34,210 bases of DNA from Jimgerdemannia flammicorona. Its lineage: Eukaryota. This document shows, one piece after another, positions 1-11,060 of the stretch. Under the pieces are notes generated by a model. It was not told the DNA's origin and did not search any database. It was given only the letters and a program-made list of their open reading frames with translations. The stretch lies in the NCBI GenBank assembly GCA_003990765.1, contig RBNJ01000283.1:1-34210 (forward strand), given 5' to 3'. Position numbers and translations under genes: made by a program. How positions within the stretch are numbered: position 1 is the first letter of the stretch; each line of letters begins with the position of its first letter.

Positions 1-180
1 AAATTAATTTTTCAATATTTTTAATTTTTTTTTTTATCTTATATTTATTAGTAAAAGTATTAAAAAAAAATTTTTTTGAAAAAAAATTTTAAAAAAAATT
101 TTAGATTTTTTTTTTAACTTTATATTTATTAATAATTTTTTTTTTTTAAATAAAAATTATATATTATTTTTTTTTTTGCA
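1..180. repeat. AT-rich low-complexity tract
   Basis: Almost only A/T homopolymer runs. Confidence 0.8.
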
Positions 181-236
181 GGCAAATTTGTCTGTATTAT
201 AGCCTAAGAGTTAAGTAATATATATATTCTTTATAG

Positions 237-382
237 TGTAATATAGTAGATACATAACTATGTAAGTATGGTAGATTCTAAAATTCATGTAAAGAAAAAA
301 AGAGTATATAAAGAAAACTTGTTTTTGGAATTAAACTGACTTGATCTGAGGTTTATTCACTCTAGATACTAGAGATATTTAT
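237..382 (-). repeat. Element C 3' LTR, first part (continues at 8780-9049)
   Basis: Matches 10406-10476 joined to 17180-17254. Confidence 0.88.
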
Positions 383-1936
383 TGTAATGGTGATCCCAGA
401 ATGATGACATCAGTATAGGAGACAGCCTTTCCTTACAAGCCACCAGATCAGAGCACAAGAAGATCATATGGCATATGAGATGAGTAATGATGACCAACTG
501 TGAGTCATTGTGACTACAGTACAAGCATCCTGAAGAATATAAAAGAAGGATCAAGAAACTGTAGTAGCAGTAACCAATAAGAATCACCAATCTCAAAATA
601 GCTCAAAGACTTACCACAAATAAAATGCCTACTGCCCACTAAACCTCAAGATCAAGGAATCACTAAGATATCTCAGTTGAGGAAAGGATATTCCAAGACA
701 TCAGAAGAGCCATAGGGACCTGCTCAAGAAAGACTCCTAGTATCAACCTGGGTACTGCAGACCCTTATCACTTTATTCTCTACCACTGTGAGATGGAAAC
801 AAGGATCACCATTGCTACCGAATACCTCCAAATATGACAGAAGTATGAAATAGAAAACCTCCTCTGCCAGGAGTTCCCACAGGCCAGCACTCAAGAGCTA
901 CAAGATGCTATTCCCATAGATATATGTGAAACGAGAACAGCTAAGAAGATCCATCAGATCTTCAGGCATGCACCATGGTTGATTCCCAACTTGGAGTATG
1001 TTAGAGTCTCAGACTTCAGAGACCTGTCATCATGCCATATCAATGTATTAGAAGCCAGGGTAGCTATAGAAGCCCAGTCCACTATCACCCTCAACAGCAA
1101 AGAAGTAGAAGACTTCTGATATCCTATCCTTCAGGACAATCTAGATCAATTCCTACAAGGATTGATCTCAGTATTCCAAGGCCCAAGCATCCAGATTAGA
1201 TCTCCCCAAGATCCCACATTTGTTCTCTATTTTGTAGAAGAGAACCTCATAGACTAGAGAGCTCCAGATCTCCTTGTTCCTGATTTCTCTGCTACAGCCA
1301 AATGTGATGATGTCATTGGCAATGACATTATCTCATGCGACTTTGATATATACGAGACATGCAATCTGCATAATGAATTCATGGATCTCATCTCCTTTAG
1401 TGATGATGATGATGATGATGATGATAAAGCCCCTATGATTCTGAACTTTCTGCTCTAAGTTCTTTATTATACTGGATAATGCCAGCACTGGTATTCTCAT
1501 GTAACACTGGATAATACCAGCACCGGTATTCTGAGGTGATGCGAAATTGTTCCAGTACCAGTATTTTTGATATGACACTAGATAATACCAGCATCCTGAA
1601 CCTGTATAACCATCAGTACCAACTCTGGAACTTAGTAGTTTTAGTTATTAGAATTTATATTTAGCTTTATATCTTAACAATCATTGAATTATATTTTGTA
1701 TAAATACTCCTCTTATTTCCTCTAAAATAAAGTTAGTTCTAGTTTCATTTACACACACTTTCTTGCAAGCAATCTAAGAGATAACAAGACAGTTAAAGAT
1801 AAGAAGTTTGAGGACTATAAGACCTTGGGAAGACACTCCAATAAGAACTTGCTTATAACAAACTTGAGTTAGTCTAAGAGATATACCTTGAAGAGAATCT
1901 GGTATATTTGAAGGACTCAGTGACCACTATGTGATA
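383..1936 (+). repeat. Element A 5' LTR (1554 bp)
   Basis: Colinear with 7208-8775; TGTAA start; end TGTGATA (decayed CA); TATAAATA near 1699 and AATAAA near 1726. Confidence 0.93.
625..1458 (+). pseudogene. LTR-embedded accessory ORF, 5' LTR copy (~277 aa, poly-Asp tail)
   Basis: Same frame from ATG 625 to TAA 1458, interrupted by point stops; counterpart of 7450-8298. Confidence 0.65.
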
Positions 1937-1939
1937 ACT

Positions 1940-1975
1940 TGGTGCCCATTGGCTGGTGATTCAAGATGAATCCCT
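1940..1975 (+). promoter_or_regulatory. Primer-binding site plus conserved leader hairpin of element A
   Basis: TGGTGCCCATTGGCTGG 3 nt after the LTR, followed by GATTCA-AGA-TGAATC. Confidence 0.8.
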
Positions 1976-2056
1976 TACTTTCAAGCTGAAAAACAAACAA
2001 CCCCCACAACAACTATTCTGACTACAAGAGTCACCCCTGCAAGAATTCAAGATAAG

Positions 2057-5000
2057 ATAGAAATACACCCCCTCACATTCTATAGATATACTACTGAAGA
2101 GTCAATCCTGACCTTCATTGAAGACTTTAAACAATTCGCTGCCATATGAGCTCTTGGTGTGGATGCTCAATTGGCCCTTCTACCAGTCAGCCTCAGAGGA
2201 CCTGCCAGAGACAAGTTCAATGCAGCCACCATTGCTGATTCTGGTGCAGCCAAACTTGCCAACATGAAGGTCTTCCTCAGAACAACATATTATACCAAAG
2301 AGATCAAGCAAGCTCTTAAGGATCAACTCAATACTATCTGCCAGAGACTTAGTGAAGATCCTAACTCATTCTATACCCAAATTTGCTACCAGATTGTCTT
2401 GACTGGCTATGATGACTGCCTCAAGGAACAAATAGCGGATTCAACCTTCCTCAAAGGAGTTTACTCTGAAATTGCCTTAGCAATCTGGTCTACCTCAGCT
2501 GTACTGACCCTTGATCAGAAAGTGGTCTTTGCATAGAGATATTAGACTGCCAGACACCCTGCCAAACACTCAATAGAGAAAATAACTAGCATCAAGATGA
2601 AGCCATCAAAGCCAACTAGTATCTTATCTGCCACAGTTATAAACAGACAACCAACCCCACCTACTCCCAAGATAGCCAAAGCTGACCCAGTGGAAGAACT
2701 CACCAAGCGGTTTACTGAGATGACTGCATATCTTGGTGATATTGTTAGAGAAGTCTGAAGTACCAACAGGAGACCAGTGCAGAGATTTGCAACTGCTACA
2801 GAAGATCACAATATTATATACTTCAGATGTAGAGAAGAAGGCCACTATGCAAAGAGTTGTATGACTGAAACAAAATGCAAAGCCCAACCAAGCAATGCTA
2901 GTAGAACTAGAGAACAAACCAATGCAGTAGTCATCGAGGAGATCAGTGACACTGATGATGAAGAATACTATGAGGAGCTTGAATTCTACCCTGCTACTGA
3001 AGGTACCAGAACCCAGTCCAAGCCCTATGACAAGAAGAGCAACAGCAAGCCAGTTGGAAGACCAAAGAAGACCCCAGCTATCACTATTCAAAGCAAGACC
3101 CAACCCAAGGAGATTGATCAAGATATGGAGTTAGATGAAGCTGCTTGCCAAATCATAGAAGGCACTACTCCAGTCTCAGGAGAAAGTGAAAGCAAGAAGG
3201 AACAGAAGCTGCACAAGACCAAGATCCACCAGTATGACATCTACAAGGACCTCAAGGAACAGAAGGTCAATGCTACCTTTGGACAGCTAGCTGAAGTCCC
3301 TGTCTTCAGACAGCAGTTGAGAGTAGGACTTGCAACTACTGCCAAGAATCAAGAGTACAAGATTGTAGAAGCTCACAATGCACAGGAAGAATCCGAGAAC
3401 TCAGGTAAAGAATCCAAAGACCAGTGCAAGACATCAGCCTATACCCTCTGCCAGATCAAAGACTATATCTTTGATGCCATCATTGATACTGGTGCTGGAG
3501 GATGCCTCATGAGCAAGAAGGCAATTGACTGCCTAGGTTGGGATATTGAAGAGTCCACCAAGATAGTCTATGTCACAGCAAATGGTATACAAGCTACCTC
3601 CCTTGGCAAAATCTGAGAAGTCTCTATCAAGATAGGAGGAGCTACCATCTCAGTAGATGTGATTGTTACAAGTGCCACCAACTATGACATCCTCATTGGC
3701 AACCAATGGCTTCACAAGGCCAAGGCCATCATTGACCTCAATGCCCAGAAAATGCAGATCAACTACAGAGGAAGAAAGGTACAAGTCTCTATCAATGTCT
3801 ACAAAGGAGTCCTACTAGACATGGAGAAAGGAGATGAAGAGGACACAGAGGTCTTCATACACTCAGTGAACAAGAACAAGAACAAGACACTCAAGCTCAC
3901 AGATGAGCAGTGGTACAACAAGATCATCAATGGCTATGCCTCTCAAGGAAGATGCCCCCATGGTACTAGAATGTACTGCTCTGAATACTTGAATGACTGC
4001 TGGTCCTATATCAGTGAAGTCAGGAAAATCCACCAATAGAAATATGAGCAAGAAGCCGCCGAAGTAAAAAAGAAAGCTGAAGAAGATGACCAGCCCCCAG
4101 AGTTTCAAGCTGACAGTGATGATGAGGAGGAACAAGAATCAGACATCACCCTCAAGGTCAAGAAGTTTCACCCCAAAGCCAAAATCCCAGAATATAAGAC
4201 TGAAGGAGCCATAGGAATGGACCTTACCAGCATTTAAGATGCTACCCTTGAACCACAGACCACTACCCTACTTAGCACTGGAATTGGAGTCAAGCTGCCA
4301 GAAAACCATACCAGGATTATCAAGACCAGGAGCAGTCTGGCCAAAAGCAAAATCTCAGTTAAAGGAGGAGTAATTGACCCTGATTACACTGAAGAGATCT
4401 TCCTTATAGTCAGAAATCACAACTACACCACCCCCTTTGAAGTCAAGAAGTATGACAGAATTGGCCAGATGCTGATCCATGAAGTCAAGAAGCCCAAGAT
4501 CATAGAAGCCATTGAACTTATCAAGATCGAGAGAGGAGAACAAGGCTTTGGATCTACTGGAAGAGGAGCCTATACCATCACCAAGAAGGATAGGCAGCCC
4601 TTGCCGAATATTCAAGAAATCCTTACCACCCTTGGAAGTGAAGCCAAATACTACACTACCTTGAATCTGTTCTCAGGCTTCCATCAGATTGGTCTCACTC
4701 AAGATGCCAGTAAGAAATCAGCTTTCATCACACCTGATGCCACCTATATCTATCTGTGAATGCCATTTGGAATATGCAATACCCCAGTAAGTTTCCAGCA
4801 AATGATAAACAGAGTCTTCAGCAATGAGATTGGAAAATGGCTCTTTGTCTATGTTGATGATGTGATCATCTTCAGTAATACTGCACAGGAACATATCAAT
4901 TACATATAGGCTCAAGGAGCATGGCCTCTACATCAAGCCCAAGAAATGCTCAAGAAATTGCCTATCTAGGACACCTCATCAACCAGACCAGAATCCACAC

Positions 5001-5655
5001 AGACCCCATGAAGATTGAGGCTATTGCAGCCTACCCAAGACCCAGAATAACCACAGAAGTCCATGCCTTCCTTGGACTGGCCAGCTATTACAGAAGATTC
5101 ATCAAAGGATACTCCAACATTGTAGTACCTATCTATGAGCTACTGAAGAAGGAGACCAAATTCGAATGGACCAAAGAGCACCAAGAAACCTTCAATGAAC
5201 TCAAGACTAGGTTAATCCAAGCACCTATCCTCAGAAGACCAGACTGGAACCTAGAATTCATCCTGCAGACAGATACAAGTGCTATAGGACTTAGAGCAGT
5301 CCTGGCTCAGAAGAAAGATAGACATAAATATGTCATCTCCTATGCAAGCCAAGATACCTGCAGAGCAGAACAGAGCTATGAGTCATGCAAGCTTGAATGC
5401 TTAGCAGTAGTCTGGGCAGTAGATAAGTTCCACTACTACCTAGCTGGAAAACACTTCACCATTCAAACAGATCATTCTGCTCTTGCCTGGCTATTCCACA
5501 CTCTGAACCCCAAAGGAATATATGCCAGATGGATCTACAGGCTGCAAGAGTATGACTGTACTATCAAGTACTGCTCAGGAAAGACCAACACCAATACCGA
5601 TGTACTCTCAAGGATACCCCGAAACACCCCCATCAAGACTATTTAACATAAATAA
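2057..5655 (+). pseudogene. Element A ORF1: gag (zinc knuckle)-aspartic protease-dUTPase-RT-RNase H, with stops and deletions
   Basis: FRCREEGHYAKSC knuckle, AIIDTGAG, GFGSTG, YVDD near 4850, YLGH, LQTDTS, KLECLAVVWA, TDHSAL; fragments at 2159/2777/3659/4469 share one frame; start codon decayed to ATA. Confidence 0.9.
4151..4561 (+). pseudogene. dUTPase domain of element A
   Basis: AIGMDL, TRSSLA, GVIDPDYTEEI, DRIGQM, RGEQGFGSTG (trimeric dUTPase motifs 1-5). Confidence 0.92.
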
Positions 5656-6894
5656 GGAGCTATACTATGGATTAATCAGCTACCTTGGATAGCAGAAGAT
5701 GCCCAACCACCTTGAACCCTGGATAATCACCATCATCAACTGGACTTGGAAACAGTTTGAATTAGACAACACTACACTCAGAAAAGGAGGAAAGCTAGTA
5801 ATATTTTAATATAAGAAGTATCAAGTAATGAAGGAAGTACATGAGCAAGGACACTTAGGAGGAACCAACACATATGACAAGGCAAGAAGAACTATATAGT
5901 GGCCCAAGATGGAAGAAGACCTATGCCAATTTGTCAAAGGGTATAATAAGTGCCAAAAACAGAAACAAGATCAGTAAGACCAGGCACCTGGGTCATCAAG
6001 AATTGAGCCTATCCCCTTCCACCACATGCAATGGATATCATTGGACCACTACTAGTAACACTATCAGGAAACTACTATATTATAGTTATTGTAGACCTCT
6101 TCACCAAATAGATAGAGGTAGGAGTATTACAAGAAGCCAATGCTCTCTCTATAGCTGACTTCCTATACCAAGAAATCATCTGCCACTATAAGACACCAAA
6201 GCAAATCACAACAGACTGCAGAATGGAATTTGTCAATGGATTCCATAAGATAATGTGTCAGAAATACAAGATCCAGCACATCAAGACCACTGTGTACCAC
6301 CCTCAAGGAAATGGACAGATAGAGAGAACCAACAAGACCCTTAAGAACATACTAGCGAAGATCTCAGAGACATATGAGAATTGGGATAACTATCTCCCAA
6401 CTGCCCTCTCTATCCTACAAGACATATGGTCACAGAGCACACACTTTACCCTAAGGGAGTTGCTCTTCAGAGAAGAAGATTCTGATGAAACCTCAGCCAC
6501 AAATCTAGACCTAACTTGGAGATGGGTTGATGCAGAAATCCAGAGACTACACCAAATCAGGAAGAAGGCTGAAGATTATATCACCAAGCCACAAGCACTG
6601 ACAAGGAAGAATGCAGAAAAGAATCACAAGGCCCTAGAACCCATCCAAATTGGAGAAAAGGTTCTACTATATCAAAATATGGTAGAAGCCTCATGGTCAC
6701 GAAAACTGGAGCCCAAATAGGAAGGACCCTTCTATATGCAAGATATCAAGAGAACTACCTTCTGGCTTAGAAAAATCTCAGGGACTATACTGCCTACCAC
6801 AGTACATAGGAACAGACTCAAGAAGTACCACAAACCTATACAAGAGAAGCAAAACATGATGACTGCCTGTGAGGTTTGAGTCTGCGAATCATAA
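5648..6894 (+). pseudogene. Element A integrase ORF (HHCC, DDE, GPY/F-like), separate frame from ORF1
   Basis: HEQGHLG, MDIIGP, YHPQGNGQIERTNKTL, LEPK*EGPF; one internal frameshift; no chromodomain seen. Confidence 0.88.
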
Positions 6895-7197
6895 CAGTAT
6901 GTCCCATGACTAGTAGGCTATCTATCTGGATCATTCTCTAAGGAATATGGTACTAGCAACTACTCATCCATGAGACTTTCGAAGTTAGAGAAGTTCAAAC
7001 CATCAACTGATTAGTCAAGATCAGAATCAGGCCCTTGCTCTATATGAAGAGAGTGACCCTTCACCATCATGCCAAAATACAAAAGGAAGATACCAGCCCA
7101 TAAACACCACTTTTCGACCCCTTGCCAGAGGTTATGAGATCAGCAAATTTTTCAGGACTGGACCAATGAATAAGGACACTCAGGAAGATCCTTATTC

Positions 7198-7207
7198 AGG
7201 AGGAAGA
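7198..7207 (+). promoter_or_regulatory. Polypurine tract of element A
   Basis: AGGAGGAAGA directly before the 3' LTR TG. Confidence 0.85.
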
Positions 7208-7449
7208 TGTAACAGTGACCCCAGAATGATAACATCAGCACAGGAGGCAGCCTTTCCTTGCAAGCCACCAGATTAGAGCACAAGAAAATCATATGGCATA
7301 TGAGATGAGCAATGATGACCAACTGTGAGTCATTGTGACTACAGTACAAGCATCCTGAAGAATATAAAAGAAGGATTAAGAAACTGCAGTAGCAGCAACC
7401 AACAAGAACCACCAATCCCAAAATAGCTCAAAGACTTACTACAAATGAA

Positions 7450-8230
7450 ATGCCTGCTGCCCATCAAACCTCAAGGTCAAGGAATCACCAAGGTATCTCA
7501 GTCGAGAAAAGGATGTTCCAAGACATCAGAAGAGCCATGGGGACCTGCTCAAGAAGGACTCCTAGTATCAACCTGAGTACTGTAGACCCTTATTACTTCA
7601 TTCTCTACTGCTGTGAGATGGAAACAAGGATCACCATTGCTACTGAATGCCTCCAAATGTGGTAGGAGTATGAAATAGGAAACCTTCTCTGCTAGGAGTT
7701 CCCACAGGCCAGCACTCAAGAGCTACAAGATACCACTCCCATGGATATATGTGAAATGAGGACAGCTAAGAAGATACATCAGATCTTCAGGCATGCACCA
7801 TGGTCAATCCCCAACTTGGAGTATATTAGAGTCTCAGACTTCAGAGACCTATCATCCCACTATATCAATGTACTAGAAGCCAGGGTGGTTACAGAAGCCC
7901 AGTCCACTATCACCCTCAACAGTGAAGAAGTAGAAGACTTCTGGCATCTTATCTTTCAGAATAACTCATATCAATTCCTGCAAGAATTGATCTCAGTATT
8001 CTAAGGCCCAAGCATCCAGGTTAGACCTCCCCAAGACCCCACATTTGTTCTCTATTTTGTGGAAGAGAACCTCATAGACTGGAGAGCTCCAGATCTCCTT
8101 GTTCCCGATTTCCTCACCACAGCTGAACATGATGACATCATCAGCAATGATATCATCCCATGCAACTTTGACATATATGAGATATATAACTTGCATGACA
8201 AATTCGCGGATCTCATCTCCTTCAGTGATA

Positions 8231-8268
<38 letters not shown>

Positions 8269-8298
8269 GCCCCTATGATTCTGAACTTTCTGCTCTAA
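7450..8298 (+). pseudogene. LTR-embedded accessory ORF, 3' LTR copy (~282 aa)
   Basis: ORF fragments 7450, 7741 and 8059 are in one frame, separated by TAG/TAA at positions that read CAG/CAA in the other LTR. Confidence 0.7.
8226..8266 (+). repeat. (GAT)n microsatellite encoding poly-Asp; shorter copy at ~1401-1425
   Basis: Direct reading; the two ORF copies differ by 15 nt, preserving frame. Confidence 0.9.
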
Positions 8299-8779
8299 GT
8301 TCTTTATTACACTGGATAATGCCAGCACTGGTATTCTCATATAACACTAGATAATACTAGTACCAGTATTCTGAGGTGATGTGAAATTGTTCCAGTACTG
8401 GCATTTTGATATGACACTAGATAATACCAGTATTCTGAACCTGTACAACCATCAGTACTGACCCTAGAATTTAGTAGTTTTAGTTATTGGAATTTATATT
8501 TAGCTTTATATCTTAGTAACCATTGAATTATATTTTGTATAAATACCCCTCTTATTTCCTCTGAAATAAAGTCAGTTCTGGTTTCATTTATACACACTTC
8601 CTTGCAAGCAATCTAAGAGATAACAAGACAGTTAAAGATAAGAAGTTTAAGGACTATAAGACCTTGGAAAGGCACTCCAATAAGAACTTGCTTATAACAA
8701 ACTTGAGTTAGTCTAAGAGATATACCTTAAAGAGAATCTGATATATTTGAAGGACTCAGCAACCACTATGTAACATTAT

Positions 8780-9049
8780 ATAAGTTTGTGTACTAATTCT
8801 GCTACTAAATATACAGCTAAATAATAAGTCTTTTCATATAAATTTCCATTTATATCTTAGATAGAATTTCATGTGAAATCCTATCTGAATTTCATAAAAG
8901 TAATAAGAGTTTTACTGGTAATGTTTTAGATATAGTATCTGTAGTAAAGGTAATTTCTACACTATAATAAATCAGAAAATTGGATTCAGATATCATAATC
9001 AAATATCTATTTCCCTGATTCTTATTTCTATTTCATACTATATATTATA
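8780..9049 (-). repeat. Element C 3' LTR, second part
   Basis: Matches 17255-17525. Confidence 0.88.
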
Positions 9050-9419
9050 TCTTTCTTCTAAATAGGTTATTTTTGATACAAAAATACCTATTTAAATTCT
9101 TATATTGCAATGTTTATATATTTGTTTCCCTTATATAGACTTGTTTATAATATTGTATCCAAGTAATTGTTAGAATATTTTTTGAGATCTCAAAAGTCTT
9201 AATTCAGATAGCAGTTCAGACAAAAGTCAGGTGACAATATCTTTAAAAATCAGATAGCAGCATCTGATAAGTAACAGCATCTTCAAAGGTCAGGCAGTAT
9301 TCTTTACTTGGGTAGCATTTTTCACTTGGGCAATATTCTTTACTCAGATAGTATTCTTTAAATAATTAACTTGAGTGATGGTTTGTATATGACATCTTTT
9401 AATTCTTTATAGTGGTCCT

Positions 9420-10300
9420 TTATATAGTAGTTTGTTTAGTATTTTGGCAATTAATTCTTATAATGTTGTCTCTTAAACTAAGGAGCAACCTGGCTATTAA
9501 CTTAATGATATAGTCCTTTATAGAGTATCTATAGTTCAACACCAATAGTTTACAGAAATGAGGCTGATAACTAGAATAAGTAATTAATAGCAGATAATAT
9601 AAAAATGAATACAATACATGATGGGTAGTATTTGTATGTCACAGGATAACTTCTAGGCTTATTGAGTGCAGGTAATAGATCATATCTTCAAAAGTCAGAT
9701 AGCAGCAAATCATATATTACTAGACAGATCATATCTTCAAAAGCAGCAGATGACAGTAGTCTGTTTGATATAGTGGTTTATTTAGTATTTTTTAGTGATT
9801 AATTCTTGTAATATTATCTCTCAAACTAAGGAGTAACCTAGCTATTAACTCAATAATGTGGTCTTTTGCAGAGTATCTATTATTCAATACTGACAATTTA
9901 TAGAAATGAGGCTAATAACTAGAACAAGCAATTAATAGTAGATGGTGCAGACAAATAATATCTTCAAAAATCAGATAGCAGTGACAGTCCATACAGTAGT
10001 TTATTTATCTTTTTTCAAAATTGGATGACAGTGGCAGTCTATATAGTAGTTTATTTATCTTTTTTCAAAATTAGGTAGCAGTGGTGATCTGTACAGCAGT
10101 CTGTTCAGTATGGTGGTTTGTTTAGCATTTTTAGCAATTAATTCTTATAATATTATCCCTCAAACTAAAGAGTAATCCAGCTATTAACTCAATGATATGG
10201 TCTTTTGCAGAGTATCTATTGTTCAATATCAATAGTTTACAGAAATGAGACTGATAACCAGAATAAGCAATTAACGGTAGATGGTATAGACAAATACTAT
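9420..10300. repeat. Three copies of a ~180-bp unit with ~345-bp period inside element C
   Basis: GTTTGTTTAGTATTTT...AAACTAAGGAG...AGAAATGAGGCTGATAAC recurs at ~9424, ~9771 and ~10110; short ATCTTCAAAAGTCAGATAGCAG-like repeats lie between. Confidence 0.85.
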
Positions 10301-10405
10301 ATGTAATATAATAGTCTGTATAGTAGTTTAGCAGTCTGGCAGTTGTTCATTTTTTAGCTTAAAAGTGAGAATTCATCTTGAATTACCAGCCAATGGGTAC
10401 TAAGT

Positions 10406-10476
10406 TGTAATATAGCAGATATATAACTATATAAGTATAGCAGATTCTGAAATTCATATGAAGGAGGAAAGAGTAT
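10406..10476 (-). repeat. Element C 5' LTR, first part (continues at 17180-17525)
   Basis: Matches 237-307; adjacent to the minus-strand PBS at ~10369-10402. Confidence 0.88.
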
Positions 10477-10946
10477 TGTGATGGTATAGCCAGATTCAGA
10501 AGAAGGAAATAGAGAACAGATACTTAATCACACTCAGTTCCAAAGTAGTATAGCCACATAGTTAGCAGTTCCCGATTTCACCATTTGCTAAATATTTCGC
10601 AAAGTACAAGATCAAGCTTTTTGATATAGTATAGTATTTTGCAACTGGCAAAATATTTCGCAAAGTGTTAAATGACTCATAACTTAGCTATATAACTCAG
10701 TAACTATCTCATAGCTAGCAAACTTGTACATATAAATAACCCAGTATCTTTGAGTGAATAAACCTCAGATCGAAATAGTTCAAAGCAAAGAGATAGCAAA
10801 GGAACTAGTAAGCCTGTGGACAGATATACTTCGAACTCACCCACTCTCCCCTGCAACTCAAGAGACTCTGCAAGAGTCAGAACAGTTAAGTTTACAAGAT
10901 ACAGATATCTGACGTACTTTCAAGAGTAAGTGTCTGCTATGTTACA
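10477..10946 (+). repeat. Element B 5' LTR (470 bp)
   Basis: Direct repeat of 16710-17175. Confidence 0.93.
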
Positions 10947-11060
10947 ACTTAGTGTCCATTGGCTGGTAATTCAAGATGAATCCCTCACTTTCAAGCTGAA
11001 CAATGAACAACCACCACTACCCAAACAACCATACAAACTGAACCCCAATACCCAGACAAG

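Larger units (their letters stand above)
383..8775 (+). mobile_element. Element A: full-length decayed Ty3/gypsy LTR retrotransposon with dUTPase
   Basis: LTRs 383-1936 and 7208-8775; TSD TTAT (379-382, 8776-8779); PBS at 1940; PPT 7198-7207; domain order PR-RT-RH-IN. Confidence 0.95.
7208..8775 (+). repeat. Element A 3' LTR (1568 bp)
   Basis: TGTAACA...TGTAACA termini; colinear with 383-1936. Confidence 0.93.

Noticed and set aside
1940..1965. Assigning the PBS to tRNA-Gly or tRNA-Lys
   Set aside because: Only partial resemblance from memory; spacing does not fit cleanly and CpG decay obscures it
9210..10300. CRISPR-like array
   Set aside because: Degenerate long tandem units without unique regular spacers, in eukaryotic LTR context
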